Shown: positions 28,802 to 39,093 of the stretch, piece after piece | How positions within the stretch are numbered: position 1 is the stretch's first letter | Layout: every line of letters starts with the position of its first letter | Origin: Spirochaetaceae bacterium | GTDB taxonomy: Bacteria; Spirochaetota; Spirochaetia; DSM-2461 | DNA: 64,000 nt | NCBI GenBank assembly: GCA_051531975.1 | Contig: JAOPTT010000012.1 | Location: forward strand, 1-64,000 | Reading direction: 5' to 3' | Position numbers and translations under genes: made by a program | Notes under the pieces: generated by a model | Database searches by the model: none | What the model was told of the DNA's origin: nothing | What the model saw: only the letters and a program-made list of their open reading frames with translations

Positions 28802-29959
28802 ATGCAAAACAAAATGAAGATTATACTGCAGATGTTTTTTCTACTATTATCTTTAACAATTTATTCCCAGGAGCGAATTGTTGGAGACATAACTATTAAA
28901 GGTTTAAAAAGAACAAAACCCCACATAATTTTGGAGACAATAAAACTAAAAAAAGGTGATGTAGTGAATAATTTAACACCTGAAGATATTGAACAAAGTC
29001 TATTAAAAGCTGGAATATTTGATCCAGGTGAGATCCTATTTGTAGAAATTGGAAATATTATAGATATAAATATTGATGTAAAAGATAAGTGGACCCTACT
29101 ACCAGTACCTATAGTTTCATTAACTAGCGAAGAACAAATTTATACCGGTATATTTTATGAACAAAACCTATTTGGTCTTAAAAAACAGTTATTGCTTAGT
29201 GGTGGTTATTCTACAAAGGATGGAGCTACTGGTGGATTTACATATATGGATAAAATGTTCTACTTAAGTGGGAATTATACAAGAAATGATGATGAAAAAT
29301 ATCATAATATTGATGGTTCTATAGGAATGTTAAAAGAGTTTGATAATTTTAAAATTGATACATTTTTATTTAGCCATAACTATAACTATGACAATATAGA
29401 TAACAATAACTATTTAAGGTTACCAATAATTATGGAGTATGCGGATAAACACTATACTACAACTGCCCAAACAGGATATTCGGTAACTTTATCAATTGAT
29501 CCTGGTTTAAACCTAGCTGATACCTCATTATTTTACAAAAATGATTTAAAACTTTGGTACGGGGTTAATCCTGTTAATAAGCTATACTTTTATACAACGT
29601 TTGTTAACCGTACAAACTTTTTATCAGATCCTGAAGAACTTATTGAGACCTGGGGAAGTAAAGAGACTTCTAGATCATTAATCCCGGTATCTGCAACTGA
29701 CTTTACAGGTTTTTCAGCCACTGCTGAGTTTATATTTCTAGACTTTAACTGGGGTTCTATATCTACAATGTTATCCTGGGAAGTAGGTGGGTATGAACTC
29801 AGAGAAGATGATAACTTTGACAGTTATACAATGTATACAGGACCATCTACAGGTCTTAGAGTTTATCTTAAAGGTTTAGCTGTTCCCGCTTTAGGCATTG
29901 ATTATGGATATAATATAATTAGTGAAGAACATAACTTTTCTTTGGTTTTAGGTATGTAA
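28802..29959 (+). CDS. POTRA-domain outer-membrane beta-barrel protein (small Omp85/TamA-like)
   Basis: Signal peptide; ITIKGLKRTK POTRA; VKDKWTLLPVP..EQNLFG; C-terminal GIDYGYN..NFSLVLGM. Confidence 0.7.
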   Translation: MQNKMKIILQMFFLLLSLTIYSQERIVGDITIKGLKRTKPHIILETIKLKKGDVVNNLTPEDIEQSLLKAGIFDPGEILFVEIGNIIDINIDVKDKWTLLPVPIVSLTSEEQIYTGIFYEQNLFGLKKQLLLSGGYSTKDGATGGFTYMDKMFYLSGNYTRNDDEKYHNIDGSIGMLKEFDNFKIDTFLFSHNYNYDNIDNNNYLRLPIIMEYADKHYTTTAQTGYSVTLSIDPGLNLADTSLFYKNDLKLWYGVNPVNKLYFYTTFVNRTNFLSDPEELIETWGSKETSRSLIPVSATDFTGFSATAEFIFLDFNWGSISTMLSWEVGGYELREDDNFDSYTMYTGPSTGLRVYLKGLAVPALGIDYGYNIISEEHNFSLVLGM

Positions 29960-30034
29960 TATCGTAATAAAAAAAAGTTTGAATCCTTTAGTTAGGTCAA
30001 TTATACTTAATAGTGTAACTAGAGGGAGTTTTTC

Positions 30035-30679
30035 ATGTTATTTAGTCGAGCAAAATCAGTTGAAACAAATATAGATCAATATATAGATAACGTATTAAAA
30101 GCTAGTCTTATTTTTGAACTTGGAATTAAATATTATTTTGAGAGAAACAATGAAAGCTTTGAGAAAAAAACCAAAGAGATGAAGATATTAGAAAGTGAAA
30201 GTGATCATATACGACGAGATATAAAACACACACTTTACAGAGACCTGCTTATTCCTGAATCTAGGGGAGATGTTCTAGGTCTTATAGAACATTTAGATGA
30301 TGTAATAAATACAGCTAAAAAGGATTTACTTCGCTTTTCAATAGAGAAGCCTAAAATTTGGCCTGAACTGACATCTGACTTTCTAGAATTAACTGAATTA
30401 TCAACTAAATGTGTCCGGGAAGTAGTAGGTGCTTCTAGAGCATTCTTTCGAGAGCCAAATAAAGTAGCTGACTATTTAGTAGCTGTTCATTATTTAGAAT
30501 CAGAAGCAGATAAAATTGAAGAGAGGATAATGCGAAAGAGTTTTGAAGGCACATTTATTACTGAGTTCAGTGAAAAGGTACACATGAGATACTTTGCAGA
30601 GAAAATATCCAAGTTAGCCGATCTAGCAGAATCTGTTGCAGATAGGTTAGACATTTACACAATAAAAAGAACAATTTAA
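30035..30679 (+). CDS. DUF47/PhoU-like phosphate transport regulator
   Basis: LESESDHIRR, LESEADKIE repeats; adjacent to PiT. Confidence 0.88.
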   Translation: MLFSRAKSVETNIDQYIDNVLKASLIFELGIKYYFERNNESFEKKTKEMKILESESDHIRRDIKHTLYRDLLIPESRGDVLGLIEHLDDVINTAKKDLLRFSIEKPKIWPELTSDFLELTELSTKCVREVVGASRAFFREPNKVADYLVAVHYLESEADKIEERIMRKSFEGTFITEFSEKVHMRYFAEKISKLADLAESVADRLDIYTIKRTI

Positions 30680-30692
30680 AAAGTAGGAAGGT

Positions 30693-31745
30693 ATGATTAG
30701 TATATTAGTATTTTTATCTAGTGGTCTCTTTTTAGGTTGGTCTTTAGGTGCTAACGACGCTGCCAACGTTTGGGGGACAGCTGTTGGAACCAAAATGATC
30801 CGGTTTAAATCTGCGGCTTTAGTTTGTTCAATATTTGTAATTTTAGGTGCAGTTTTAAGTGGAGCAGGGGCTTCCCATACCTTAGGTAAATTAGGGACAA
30901 TAACACAGCTAGCTGGTGCATTTACAGTTGCATTATCAGCAGCACTCTCAGTCTTATGGATGACTAAATTAGCACTACCTGTCTCCACATCCCAGGCTGT
31001 GGTTGGAGCAATTATTGGTTGGAATCTCTTTTCAAAATCAAAAATAGACTATGCTGCTTTAACAAAAATTGTTGGTACGTGGGTCTTTTCTCCTGTATTA
31101 TCAGCTCTGTTTGCAATTATTATCTATTTTATAGTTTCAGGAGTATTAAAAAATACAAAGATACATTTAGTCCGGTTAGATGGACTAACAAGGTTTGCTC
31201 TACTTGCAACAGGGGCGTTTGGTTCCTACAGTTTAGGTGCAAACAATATAGCTAATGTTATGGGTGTTTTTGTAGAAAGTACCTCGGAGCTGTTTACATC
31301 TATTCATTTTGGAACACTTTTCGAATTAACAGGTGTTCAGCAACTCTTTTTCTTAGGTGGTGCTGCAATAGCTGTTGGAGTTTTTACATATTCTAGACGA
31401 GTAATGATGACTGTTGGAGCAGGTATTTATAGGTTAACACCTCTAACGGCATTTGTTGTTGTTTTATCTAGCTCTATAGTTCTTTTTCTCTTTGCATCTA
31501 AAGGATTAAAATTGTTTTTAACATCAAATAATTTACCATCTTTTCCACTGGTTCCTGTATCAAGTTCCCAGTCAATTGTAGGTTCTGTCATTGGTGTTGG
31601 TATTGCAAAGGGTGGAAAAAATATAAATTTAAAGGTATTAGGTCGAATTAGTATAGGTTGGATTGCGACTCCTGCTATTGCTATGTTAATTACAATTATT
31701 ACACTATATATTATCCAAAATGTATTTGGTCAGATCGTATTTTGA
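30693..31745 (+). CDS. Inorganic phosphate transporter (PiT)
   Basis: GANDAAN / GANNIAN, PVSTSQ / PVSSSQ. Confidence 0.93.
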   Translation: MISILVFLSSGLFLGWSLGANDAANVWGTAVGTKMIRFKSAALVCSIFVILGAVLSGAGASHTLGKLGTITQLAGAFTVALSAALSVLWMTKLALPVSTSQAVVGAIIGWNLFSKSKIDYAALTKIVGTWVFSPVLSALFAIIIYFIVSGVLKNTKIHLVRLDGLTRFALLATGAFGSYSLGANNIANVMGVFVESTSELFTSIHFGTLFELTGVQQLFFLGGAAIAVGVFTYSRRVMMTVGAGIYRLTPLTAFVVVLSSSIVLFLFASKGLKLFLTSNNLPSFPLVPVSSSQSIVGSVIGVGIAKGGKNINLKVLGRISIGWIATPAIAMLITIITLYIIQNVFGQIVF

Positions 31746-31891
31746 TATATAACAAACAAACTATTATGTTTGCAATTATCCTAAAACAACTACTTTTTAA
31801 GAATAAGTATAATAAAAATAATTTTAAGTAATTAAGATGCAGTATCGTTATTTCCGGTGTAAACTAATTTGTTGATAAAGGACAAACCTAA

Positions 31892-33394
31892 ATGGCAAAA
31901 TATATACTTTCCCACGATTTAGGGACATCAGGAAATAAAGTTACTCTTTTTACTACTGAAGGTGAATTAGTACGCAGTGAAACTTATGTTTATAATACTA
32001 AATGGTTTAATGACAATTGGGCGGAGCAAGATGCTGAATTATGGTATAAAGCTTTTTGTGAAACTACCAAAAAAATATTAGCTGATGTTAATCCAGAACA
32101 TGTTTTAGGTGTCTCATTTAGTGGTCAGATGATGGGCTGTCTATGTGTTGATTCTTTAGGTAAACCCTTACATAACTCAATAATATGGGCTGATATGAGA
32201 GCTTCAATAGAAGAGACATTTATAAATGATAAAATAAACTCTGAAGAGTTTTATAAAATTACAGGACATAGAGCTAGTGCTTCTTATACATTGGCCAAAT
32301 TCTTATGGATAAAAAATAATTTACCGGAAATATATAATAATACATATAAAGTATTAAATGCTAAAGATTATATACTTCATAAATTAACAGGAGAATTTGT
32401 AACTGATTATTCTGATGCATCAGGAACTAATTTACTTGATATCAATACTTTAAAATGGTCTGAAAAAATTGCAAAGGCTGTTGATATCAATATTGATAAG
32501 TTTCCAGAACTTCGTAAGTCTACAGATATTATTGGTTTAATAAATTCCCAGAACAGTATTGAAACAGGTTTAGCTATTGGAACACCTATTATCTGTGGAG
32601 GTGGTGATGGAGCAATGTCGGCACTTGGAGCAAAATGTATAAATACAGGAGATGTTTTTTGTACTTTAGGTACATCCTCATGGAACGCTACAACAACAAA
32701 TGAACCTTTTTTTGATAAACAAATGAGAACTTTTAACTTTGTTCATATAATTCCAGGGAAATATATACCCTGTGGTACTATGCAAACTGCTGGAGCCTCC
32801 CTTAGCTGGTTAAAAAAAGAGATGGCGATTGATAATTATGAAGATATAAATAACGCTGTAAAAAAATCTAAACCCGGCTCAAATGGATTATATTTTATGC
32901 CATATTTAATGGGAGAACGAAGTCCCAGATGGAATTCTAAAGCTAGAGGCTGTTTTATTGGTTTAAAAATGCAGACAACATCTGGCGATATGTTTAGATC
33001 TGTTTACGAAGGTGTAGCTTTTAATCTTGAAATAATTTTTGGATTGATATCAAGAAACCAGGATGTTAAAGAGATAATTATGACTGGAGGTGGTGCTAAA
33101 AGTGAAGTTTGGAATCAAATAATTGCTGATATCTATAATACTAATATATTAATTCCAAATTATACTGAGGAAGCCACATCAATTGGTGCTGCAATAACTG
33201 CTGGTGTTGGATTAGGAATTTTTAAATCATTTGATAAAATTACGGATTTTATTAAAATTGATAAAACAGTTCAGCCGATAAAAGCTAATGTTATTAAATA
33301 CAACAAAATGAAACCAATTTTTGAATCAATTTATCAGTCTTTAATACCTGTGTATAATAATATTGATGAACTTCAGAGGGGAGAAAATGAATAA
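31892..33394 (+). CDS. FGGY-family sugar kinase (xylulokinase-like)
   Basis: HDLGTSGNK, SGQMMG, DYSDASGT, PYLMGERSP, GGGAKS. Confidence 0.9.
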   Translation: MAKYILSHDLGTSGNKVTLFTTEGELVRSETYVYNTKWFNDNWAEQDAELWYKAFCETTKKILADVNPEHVLGVSFSGQMMGCLCVDSLGKPLHNSIIWADMRASIEETFINDKINSEEFYKITGHRASASYTLAKFLWIKNNLPEIYNNTYKVLNAKDYILHKLTGEFVTDYSDASGTNLLDINTLKWSEKIAKAVDINIDKFPELRKSTDIIGLINSQNSIETGLAIGTPIICGGGDGAMSALGAKCINTGDVFCTLGTSSWNATTTNEPFFDKQMRTFNFVHIIPGKYIPCGTMQTAGASLSWLKKEMAIDNYEDINNAVKKSKPGSNGLYFMPYLMGERSPRWNSKARGCFIGLKMQTTSGDMFRSVYEGVAFNLEIIFGLISRNQDVKEIIMTGGGAKSEVWNQIIADIYNTNILIPNYTEEATSIGAAITAGVGLGIFKSFDKITDFIKIDKTVQPIKANVIKYNKMKPIFESIYQSLIPVYNNIDELQRGENE

Positions 33395-34082
33395 TAATAT
33401 GTTACAACTAAAACAGGTCGCGGCTATGATTGATAACACGGTTTTAAGGCCTTTTATAACTAATGATGTCTGGTTTGAGTTGTGTAATACCAGCATTGAA
33501 TATGGATTTAAAACTGTTGCTATTAACAACGCTGGAATAGAATATTGTGTCAGTATATTAAAAGAGTCTGATGTATTAGTTGATGCAGCTGTAAGTTTCC
33601 CCCTAGGCCAAGCTACCATGGAAGTCAAGTTTTTTGAAACTGAAGATGCCATACAGAAGGGTGCAAAAGAAGTTGATTATGTTATAAATATTGTAGAATT
33701 AAAAAATGGTAACTATGACTATATTAAAAAGGAAATGAAAGGTATTGTTGCTATTTGTAAAAAAAACGATGTTGTATCCAAAGTAATTTTTGAAACATGT
33801 TACCTTACTAGTTCAGAGATTATTAAAATGTGCGAAATAGCAAATGTAGTAAAACCAACTTTTATTAAAACTTCCACTGGTTTTGGTGAATATGGTGCCA
33901 AGATTGAAGATGTACGATTAATGAGAAAACATACAGATCAGGATATTAAAATTAAAGCATCAGGTGGGATTAGAACTCTTGAAGACTTTATTTCATTTGT
34001 TGAAGCAGGAGCTTCAAGAATTGGTACATCATCAGGAGTGAAAATAATTGATGAATATAAAAAGAAATATTTTGGCAATTAG
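33387..34082 (+). CDS. deoC: Deoxyribose-phosphate aldolase
   Basis: FPLG, KVIFET, FIKTSTGF, KASGGIR, RIGTS; ATG 33387 behind GGGGAG. Confidence 0.9.
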   Translation: MNNNMLQLKQVAAMIDNTVLRPFITNDVWFELCNTSIEYGFKTVAINNAGIEYCVSILKESDVLVDAAVSFPLGQATMEVKFFETEDAIQKGAKEVDYVINIVELKNGNYDYIKKEMKGIVAICKKNDVVSKVIFETCYLTSSEIIKMCEIANVVKPTFIKTSTGFGEYGAKIEDVRLMRKHTDQDIKIKASGGIRTLEDFISFVEAGASRIGTSSGVKIIDEYKKKYFGN

Positions 34083-34200
34083 GTATAAATTGTTTCTAAA
34101 TAATAGAAGTGGAATTACATTTTAAATCATATAAAAAATATTTTATTGTCTCTTTTTCTATTAATTATTTATATAATGTAATTATCAAATGGAGAGTTTT

Positions 34201-35265
34201 ATGATTTTAGATAAAAAAAGACATCTACTAATTCTCATTTCTTTTATTTTAGTATGTTTTTCAACCTATGCAGCTGGTAATAAAGAAACTAAGGTTCCTG
34301 AAGTTAATGTCAAAGTTGAAGTCGACAAAGTTGAAGATGAAGCTAAACCTCGTACTGACCCCAATTATAACAGTTCTATAAATAACTTCAGTTCAGAAGG
34401 TAGTTCAATATCTATACCTCCAAGCTGGACTTGCCTATCAAATGTATCTGCTACCGATAGTAGTCAGGTTTTTAAAGCAGTATCTCCTGATGGTAGTTTT
34501 TTATCTTTACACAAAATATATTTTGAGTTTTCTCTGAATGAGTTGGCACTTATTAAATCTGTTGAAGATCAAATTAATAATACTGGTGAAGTAATTAGAA
34601 TTAAAGATTTTGATTTAGGTTTAGATTTTAATCGAGGGAAACTATATGCTTGGCAGTTAAAAAATGAAACTAGTCTAAATGGTTTAATAATTGAGAGCCG
34701 TGAAGGTTTTAATTATGAATGGCGTTATCAGATTCCTAAAAATGTATCAGAATCAGAACTTGATATCATTAATAGAATAATCCAAGAAGCTAAATTTACT
34801 AAAAATACTAATTCTATGAGAAAAACTAGTAATAATATTATGTTTAATTCTGAAGGTGGATCTTGGCGTTGGATTGGAGACTTAGGTGATGGATTTATGT
34901 TAGAATCTCTTGTTCCACAAGACACATATAGTATAATTGCTTCTGTATTTAGGCTTAATTCTATAGAGAATGGTGAAGAATGGTATGCAAATTTAGAAAC
35001 TGAGGGATGGAAAAAAGAATCTGAACTAATAAATATGCGTGGTGAACCTAGGTACCCCCAAATATTAAGTCTTGTTACCCCTGGGCTTATAGTTCGTTTT
35101 TGCATTATATTTCCAGATCCTAATAATAAGTTAAGCCCTTTATGTATCTACTTTTATGTAAGAAACATTAAGGATAATCCAAAAACTGTTTCAGAGATTC
35201 TATCCCATGAGTTAGTTCAGAATCTTCTAAACTATAATCTTATTATTCCTAGGAGTGATATATGA
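34201..35265 (+). CDS. Exported hypothetical protein 'A1' (paralog of 40681-41676)
   Basis: Signal peptide then AGNKE; ISIPPSW, SWRWIGDLGDG and the C-terminus align by eye with A2. Confidence 0.7.
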   Translation: MILDKKRHLLILISFILVCFSTYAAGNKETKVPEVNVKVEVDKVEDEAKPRTDPNYNSSINNFSSEGSSISIPPSWTCLSNVSATDSSQVFKAVSPDGSFLSLHKIYFEFSLNELALIKSVEDQINNTGEVIRIKDFDLGLDFNRGKLYAWQLKNETSLNGLIIESREGFNYEWRYQIPKNVSESELDIINRIIQEAKFTKNTNSMRKTSNNIMFNSEGGSWRWIGDLGDGFMLESLVPQDTYSIIASVFRLNSIENGEEWYANLETEGWKKESELINMRGEPRYPQILSLVTPGLIVRFCIIFPDPNNKLSPLCIYFYVRNIKDNPKTVSEILSHELVQNLLNYNLIIPRSDI

Positions 35266-36842
35266 TCTGTTTAAAAAAGATTTATCTAATTTTATTTCTA
35301 ATTATATCATGGTCTATTTGTTCTAAAGAAAAACCGGTTATCGCAATATATCAAATGTCTAATCCCAGCGAAATACCATGGATTGATAATATGGGTAATA
35401 CAGTGAATGATGTTGTCGCACTAACTCTATCTTTAATGAATAACTACGAAGTAATTAGGTTAGATGAAAACATTAATATTTCCTCAGTTGATGATTTAAA
35501 ATTATTATCTACAGAAATGGGATACGACGACATCATCTTTGGGGAGTGTCTTATTGTCGATGATGGTTTTAGGTTCTCTATTCGTATATATGATAGATTT
35601 AAAGATTCTATGACTATAGAAACAGAACGTGATATAGAATCTGTTATGGACTCTTTTGAGGCTGCTGATTATCTAGTTAATGTGCTTTTAGAAGGTTTAA
35701 GTGGTGTTAGAGTAAATTATGGTAGTCTGAAACTTAGTACTTTACGTGCAGACCCTTATAGAACAGAAATTAATAAAGTTGATATGGGTTATGGATTTAA
35801 TCGAATAGATAAGTTAATAACTGGGAATCATATAATAGAGATTTATCAAGATAGGGGAGAGGGGGAAATATTAATATCTACTTTTAATATAAACTTAAAA
35901 GAAGATGACAATTATTTACTACCTTCAGTCGTTCCATGGTTTACTGCTTCACAATCTGAAACTATGGATAATCTAGATAGATCTATTGCTAGTTTAGGTG
36001 GTTCAGACAATCGTATAAACAGTTCAAAACAATATTTTGATCAGGCATTAGAGTTTTCTAGTACACCGTTTATGGAGCAGTTTAGACCTAAAGTTATACA
36101 GCACTATAAGAACTGGTTTTCATATTTTACTTCTCCATATGTTTTAGAGGCAGATTTTCAAGAATCTATTAAAATTATTAACTATAGAGCTGTCAAAGAG
36201 TTTCCTTTCACAAATCTAGTAGATCCATATAAAACAGAGTTATCAACGACTCTACCACAAAGTAGTCGTATTTTTATACAATTACAGAAACAAGAAATAA
36301 ATAGGGCAAAATTTATTCCTGAATTTACAAATATTACTTTAGATGGAAAAGCAGATGACTGGGACAATATTAAAACAAGTTTTAAGGATACAAAGAGTAA
36401 TAAAAAAATTATTGATAATGAAATATTAGGTGAAGACCAGGACCTAGTTTGGTTTGGCGTGGCAACAGATGGAAAGAACCTTTATGTTGCTATTCAGACA
36501 TTTAACAAAAAGTTTTCACCCTTATCAGATTTTAACTTTCACTTTACTGGGCAGCACATACTTTCTACAGGATTTGATCCAGAGTCCAATTCATTATGGA
36601 GCTCTTGGGTTGAAAATAAAAATTGGAATGATTCTATTTCACTGACAGGGAACGATATTAAAATTAAAGGTGGTGAGATTTTTGAAATGTCTATACCTTT
36701 GAACTATTTAGCTGATAAAACTTTACCCGGTAATAATGGGCTATTTATTGAACTTAGTGTTAAAGAAAAAGATGGTAATATGCGAGTGGATAGTTTAGAT
36801 ATGAGAATCTTATTACCAGATCTTTATTATTCTCTTCAGTAA
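35262..36842 (+). CDS. Exported protein 'B1': TolB-N/CsgG-like + PEGA + DOMON/CBM9-like C-terminal domain
   Basis: KPVIAIY..GYDDIIFG..YDR; YGSL..GNHIIEI (PEGA); ITLDGKADDW; ATGA overlap with A1. Confidence 0.65.
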   Translation: MICLKKIYLILFLIISWSICSKEKPVIAIYQMSNPSEIPWIDNMGNTVNDVVALTLSLMNNYEVIRLDENINISSVDDLKLLSTEMGYDDIIFGECLIVDDGFRFSIRIYDRFKDSMTIETERDIESVMDSFEAADYLVNVLLEGLSGVRVNYGSLKLSTLRADPYRTEINKVDMGYGFNRIDKLITGNHIIEIYQDRGEGEILISTFNINLKEDDNYLLPSVVPWFTASQSETMDNLDRSIASLGGSDNRINSSKQYFDQALEFSSTPFMEQFRPKVIQHYKNWFSYFTSPYVLEADFQESIKIINYRAVKEFPFTNLVDPYKTELSTTLPQSSRIFIQLQKQEINRAKFIPEFTNITLDGKADDWDNIKTSFKDTKSNKKIIDNEILGEDQDLVWFGVATDGKNLYVAIQTFNKKFSPLSDFNFHFTGQHILSTGFDPESNSLWSSWVENKNWNDSISLTGNDIKIKGGEIFEMSIPLNYLADKTLPGNNGLFIELSVKEKDGNMRVDSLDMRILLPDLYYSLQ

Positions 36843-36875
36843 TAAGTTAAGAAATACAATTATTTAGGTGGAATT

Positions 36876-37457
36876 ATGAAAGTAACAATTGATAAAATTA
36901 AAGGATTTAATAACAGAGATATTGAAGTTATTTTAAATGATTCTAATTCATCTGAATGTTTGTATGTATTATATCCAGGGATAGGTTATGCTTATGATTC
37001 CCCACTGTTTTATTACCTGACTAGGTTATTAATTCAGAACAAACAGAATTTTATCTTTTTCAAATTAAACTGTGATGAATTAGGTAAAACTAGAAACTGT
37101 TCATATGAAGAGTTTCTACCACATTTAGAATCTGAGATTTTAAGCTCTTTTAAATATATAGAAAGCAAAAAATATAAAAAGATTAACATAATAGGCAAGT
37201 CTATTGGGACTTTAGCTATTGAGATGGCAAAAAATAGCGGTATTAAAAGTCTTATTTCAAAATATATATGGTTAACTCCATTTTGAAACACTTCTAATTT
37301 ATCAAATATAGAATTAGATATTAAAAGGGACTATTTTTTTGTTGGTGACTCTGATCCATTTTATGATAAAGAGGTATATAGTGGAATTAAATCCAGGGCT
37401 AATATTAAAACCTACAAAGGATTAGACCACTCATTTGATATTGTTTATATTTGTTAG
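36876..37457 (+). pseudogene. Alpha/beta hydrolase interrupted by in-frame TGA (37284-37286)
   Basis: PGIGY, GKSIG nucleophile, WLTP. The frame continues after TGA to GDSDPFY (Asp) and GLDHSF (His), ending TAG 37457. Confidence 0.8.
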
Positions 37458-37503
37458 GATATTTGTTGTATAGATATTAATAATAACTTTACTTTTTTCA
37501 TAT

Positions 37504-39093
37504 TTAATTTTCTTTCCTAGTTAATATTTCTAACATAGGGAATGTAATAATTGGTGCTTTACTTAGCCCATCAATTTCGTAATCTTCTTCAGCATTTCTA
37601 GGGGAATAATAAATATTTAAGTATGAAGTCATTTCAGGATCAAATCTAGTGGATTTCATTAGCATTTTTAATGGTATAGAAAATTCTAGAACATCCCCTA
37701 ATTTATATCTTACTTGTTGTTCCAAAGAGACCCATTGAATATCTGTACCACCATTATTTTCAGTATTTGTCGAAATTTCAAACTTCTTATTATAATCTTG
37801 CAAATTAAAGGATATTTTCCCGTCAGCATGCATACTTAATCCATATCTAATATCATCATTGGCCTCTACTTTTTCTTTTAAACCAATAAGTATATATAGA
37901 TGTTTTGTATCAAATGCAATTTTAAATTCTGTCAAATCGGCTGTTATATTGGAACTAATATTTGTTGTTTCTACATCCCCAACTGGATCAATATAGCCAG
38001 ATGTTACATTTGCCCAGTCATCGGCTTTCCCATCGATAGTTATTGTTTTATAATCTGGAACTAACTTATTTAGTAATTTATACTGTTTTTTATCTATCTT
38101 AGGTTCATACCTAGAAGTTAAACTTACATTTTTATTAACTACACTTTTAGGTAACTCATCACGCCAAACTGAACTTATTTTTTTATTTAATCTGACAATT
38201 TCATTTGGTTTAGAATAATCGATATTATCTGAAATTAAAGAAGTCCAATTCTCATACTTTTGAATAACTTTAGGTCTATACAAAACATAAAAATTTGAGG
38301 ATAAAAGGTTCTCTAGTTCTGGGGTTAATATTGTTTTAGTGTTTCCAATAATTGCATCATTGGTAAATTTTTTATCTGCTATGTTTAATATGGCTGCTTC
38401 TTCTGTAGTCACTCTAGCTACGGGGAATGGTATTTTATTCACTATATTTTCTTGAATAAAGATATCACTTTCTACTATATGTTTTCCAAAATATCTATCT
38501 TGAATTATTGTTAGTTTATGTTTGCCAGATGGCATTTTATCTATTGTTAATGATCCCTCAGCTAGAGCTACATCATCTATTGTAAAACTTAAAGGTTCTC
38601 CTGATTCTGGTTTAAGTAAAGCTAAACTTCCGTAGGTTACATGTATTCCAGAAAAACCTTCAACTGTTTTATCAATTATCTGGTCTATTGCATCTAAAGT
38701 ATCAAAAATAGATTCTACAGTTGTAGAGTCTGAATAGGTTATTTTATTAAGTGCACGGTCGTAGGCATTCATGGATATAATATAACTTCCATCAATAAAT
38801 GAGCAGGAACCAAATATTATATTATCGTACCCCTCAGCTTCTGATCGTATCCTAAGGGCTTCTGTATTTATATCTCCTATCTTAGTTGGTATTTCAGTAG
38901 ATACAATAAATTGTCCTAGTAATTTAAGAGTTAAACTTACAGAATCTGCAGTTTTTATACATAGGGCATCAAGCCATACTTCTTCTGACATATTTATTAT
39001 TGGATCAATTTGAACTATTGGTTTAGACTCACCCCAACTAGATAATATATTAATTAGAAATATAATTATTATTAATAACGTCTTTAATTTCAT
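37504..39093 (-). CDS. Exported protein 'B3' (same architecture as B1/B2)
   Basis: Signal peptide; N-terminal ~203 aa almost identical to B2; ITIDGKADDW. Confidence 0.7.
   Translation of the reverse strand: MKLKTLLIIIIFLINILSSWGESKPIVQIDPIINMSEEVWLDALCIKTADSVSLTLKLLGQFIVSTEIPTKIGDINTEALRIRSEAEGYDNIIFGSCSFIDGSYIISMNAYDRALNKITYSDSTTVESIFDTLDAIDQIIDKTVEGFSGIHVTYGSLALLKPESGEPLSFTIDDVALAEGSLTIDKMPSGKHKLTIIQDRYFGKHIVESDIFIQENIVNKIPFPVARVTTEEAAILNIADKKFTNDAIIGNTKTILTPELENLLSSNFYVLYRPKVIQKYENWTSLISDNIDYSKPNEIVRLNKKISSVWRDELPKSVVNKNVSLTSRYEPKIDKKQYKLLNKLVPDYKTITIDGKADDWANVTSGYIDPVGDVETTNISSNITADLTEFKIAFDTKHLYILIGLKEKVEANDDIRYGLSMHADGKISFNLQDYNKKFEISTNTENNGGTDIQWVSLEQQVRYKLGDVLEFSIPLKMLMKSTRFDPEMTSYLNIYYSPRNAEEDYEIDGLSKAPIITFPMLEILTRKEN
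38422..39030 (-). repeat. Copy 2 of ~610 bp near-identical block (within B3)
   Basis: Matches 40014-40622 at offset 1592; 10 amino-acid differences over ~203 codons by manual comparison. Confidence 0.9.

Noticed and set aside
37284..37286. Selenocysteine or TGA=Trp recoding
   Set aside because: TGA is a normal stop for other genes here (e.g. 10212, 14589, 31745); position is not a catalytic Cys and no convincing SECIS hairpin follows
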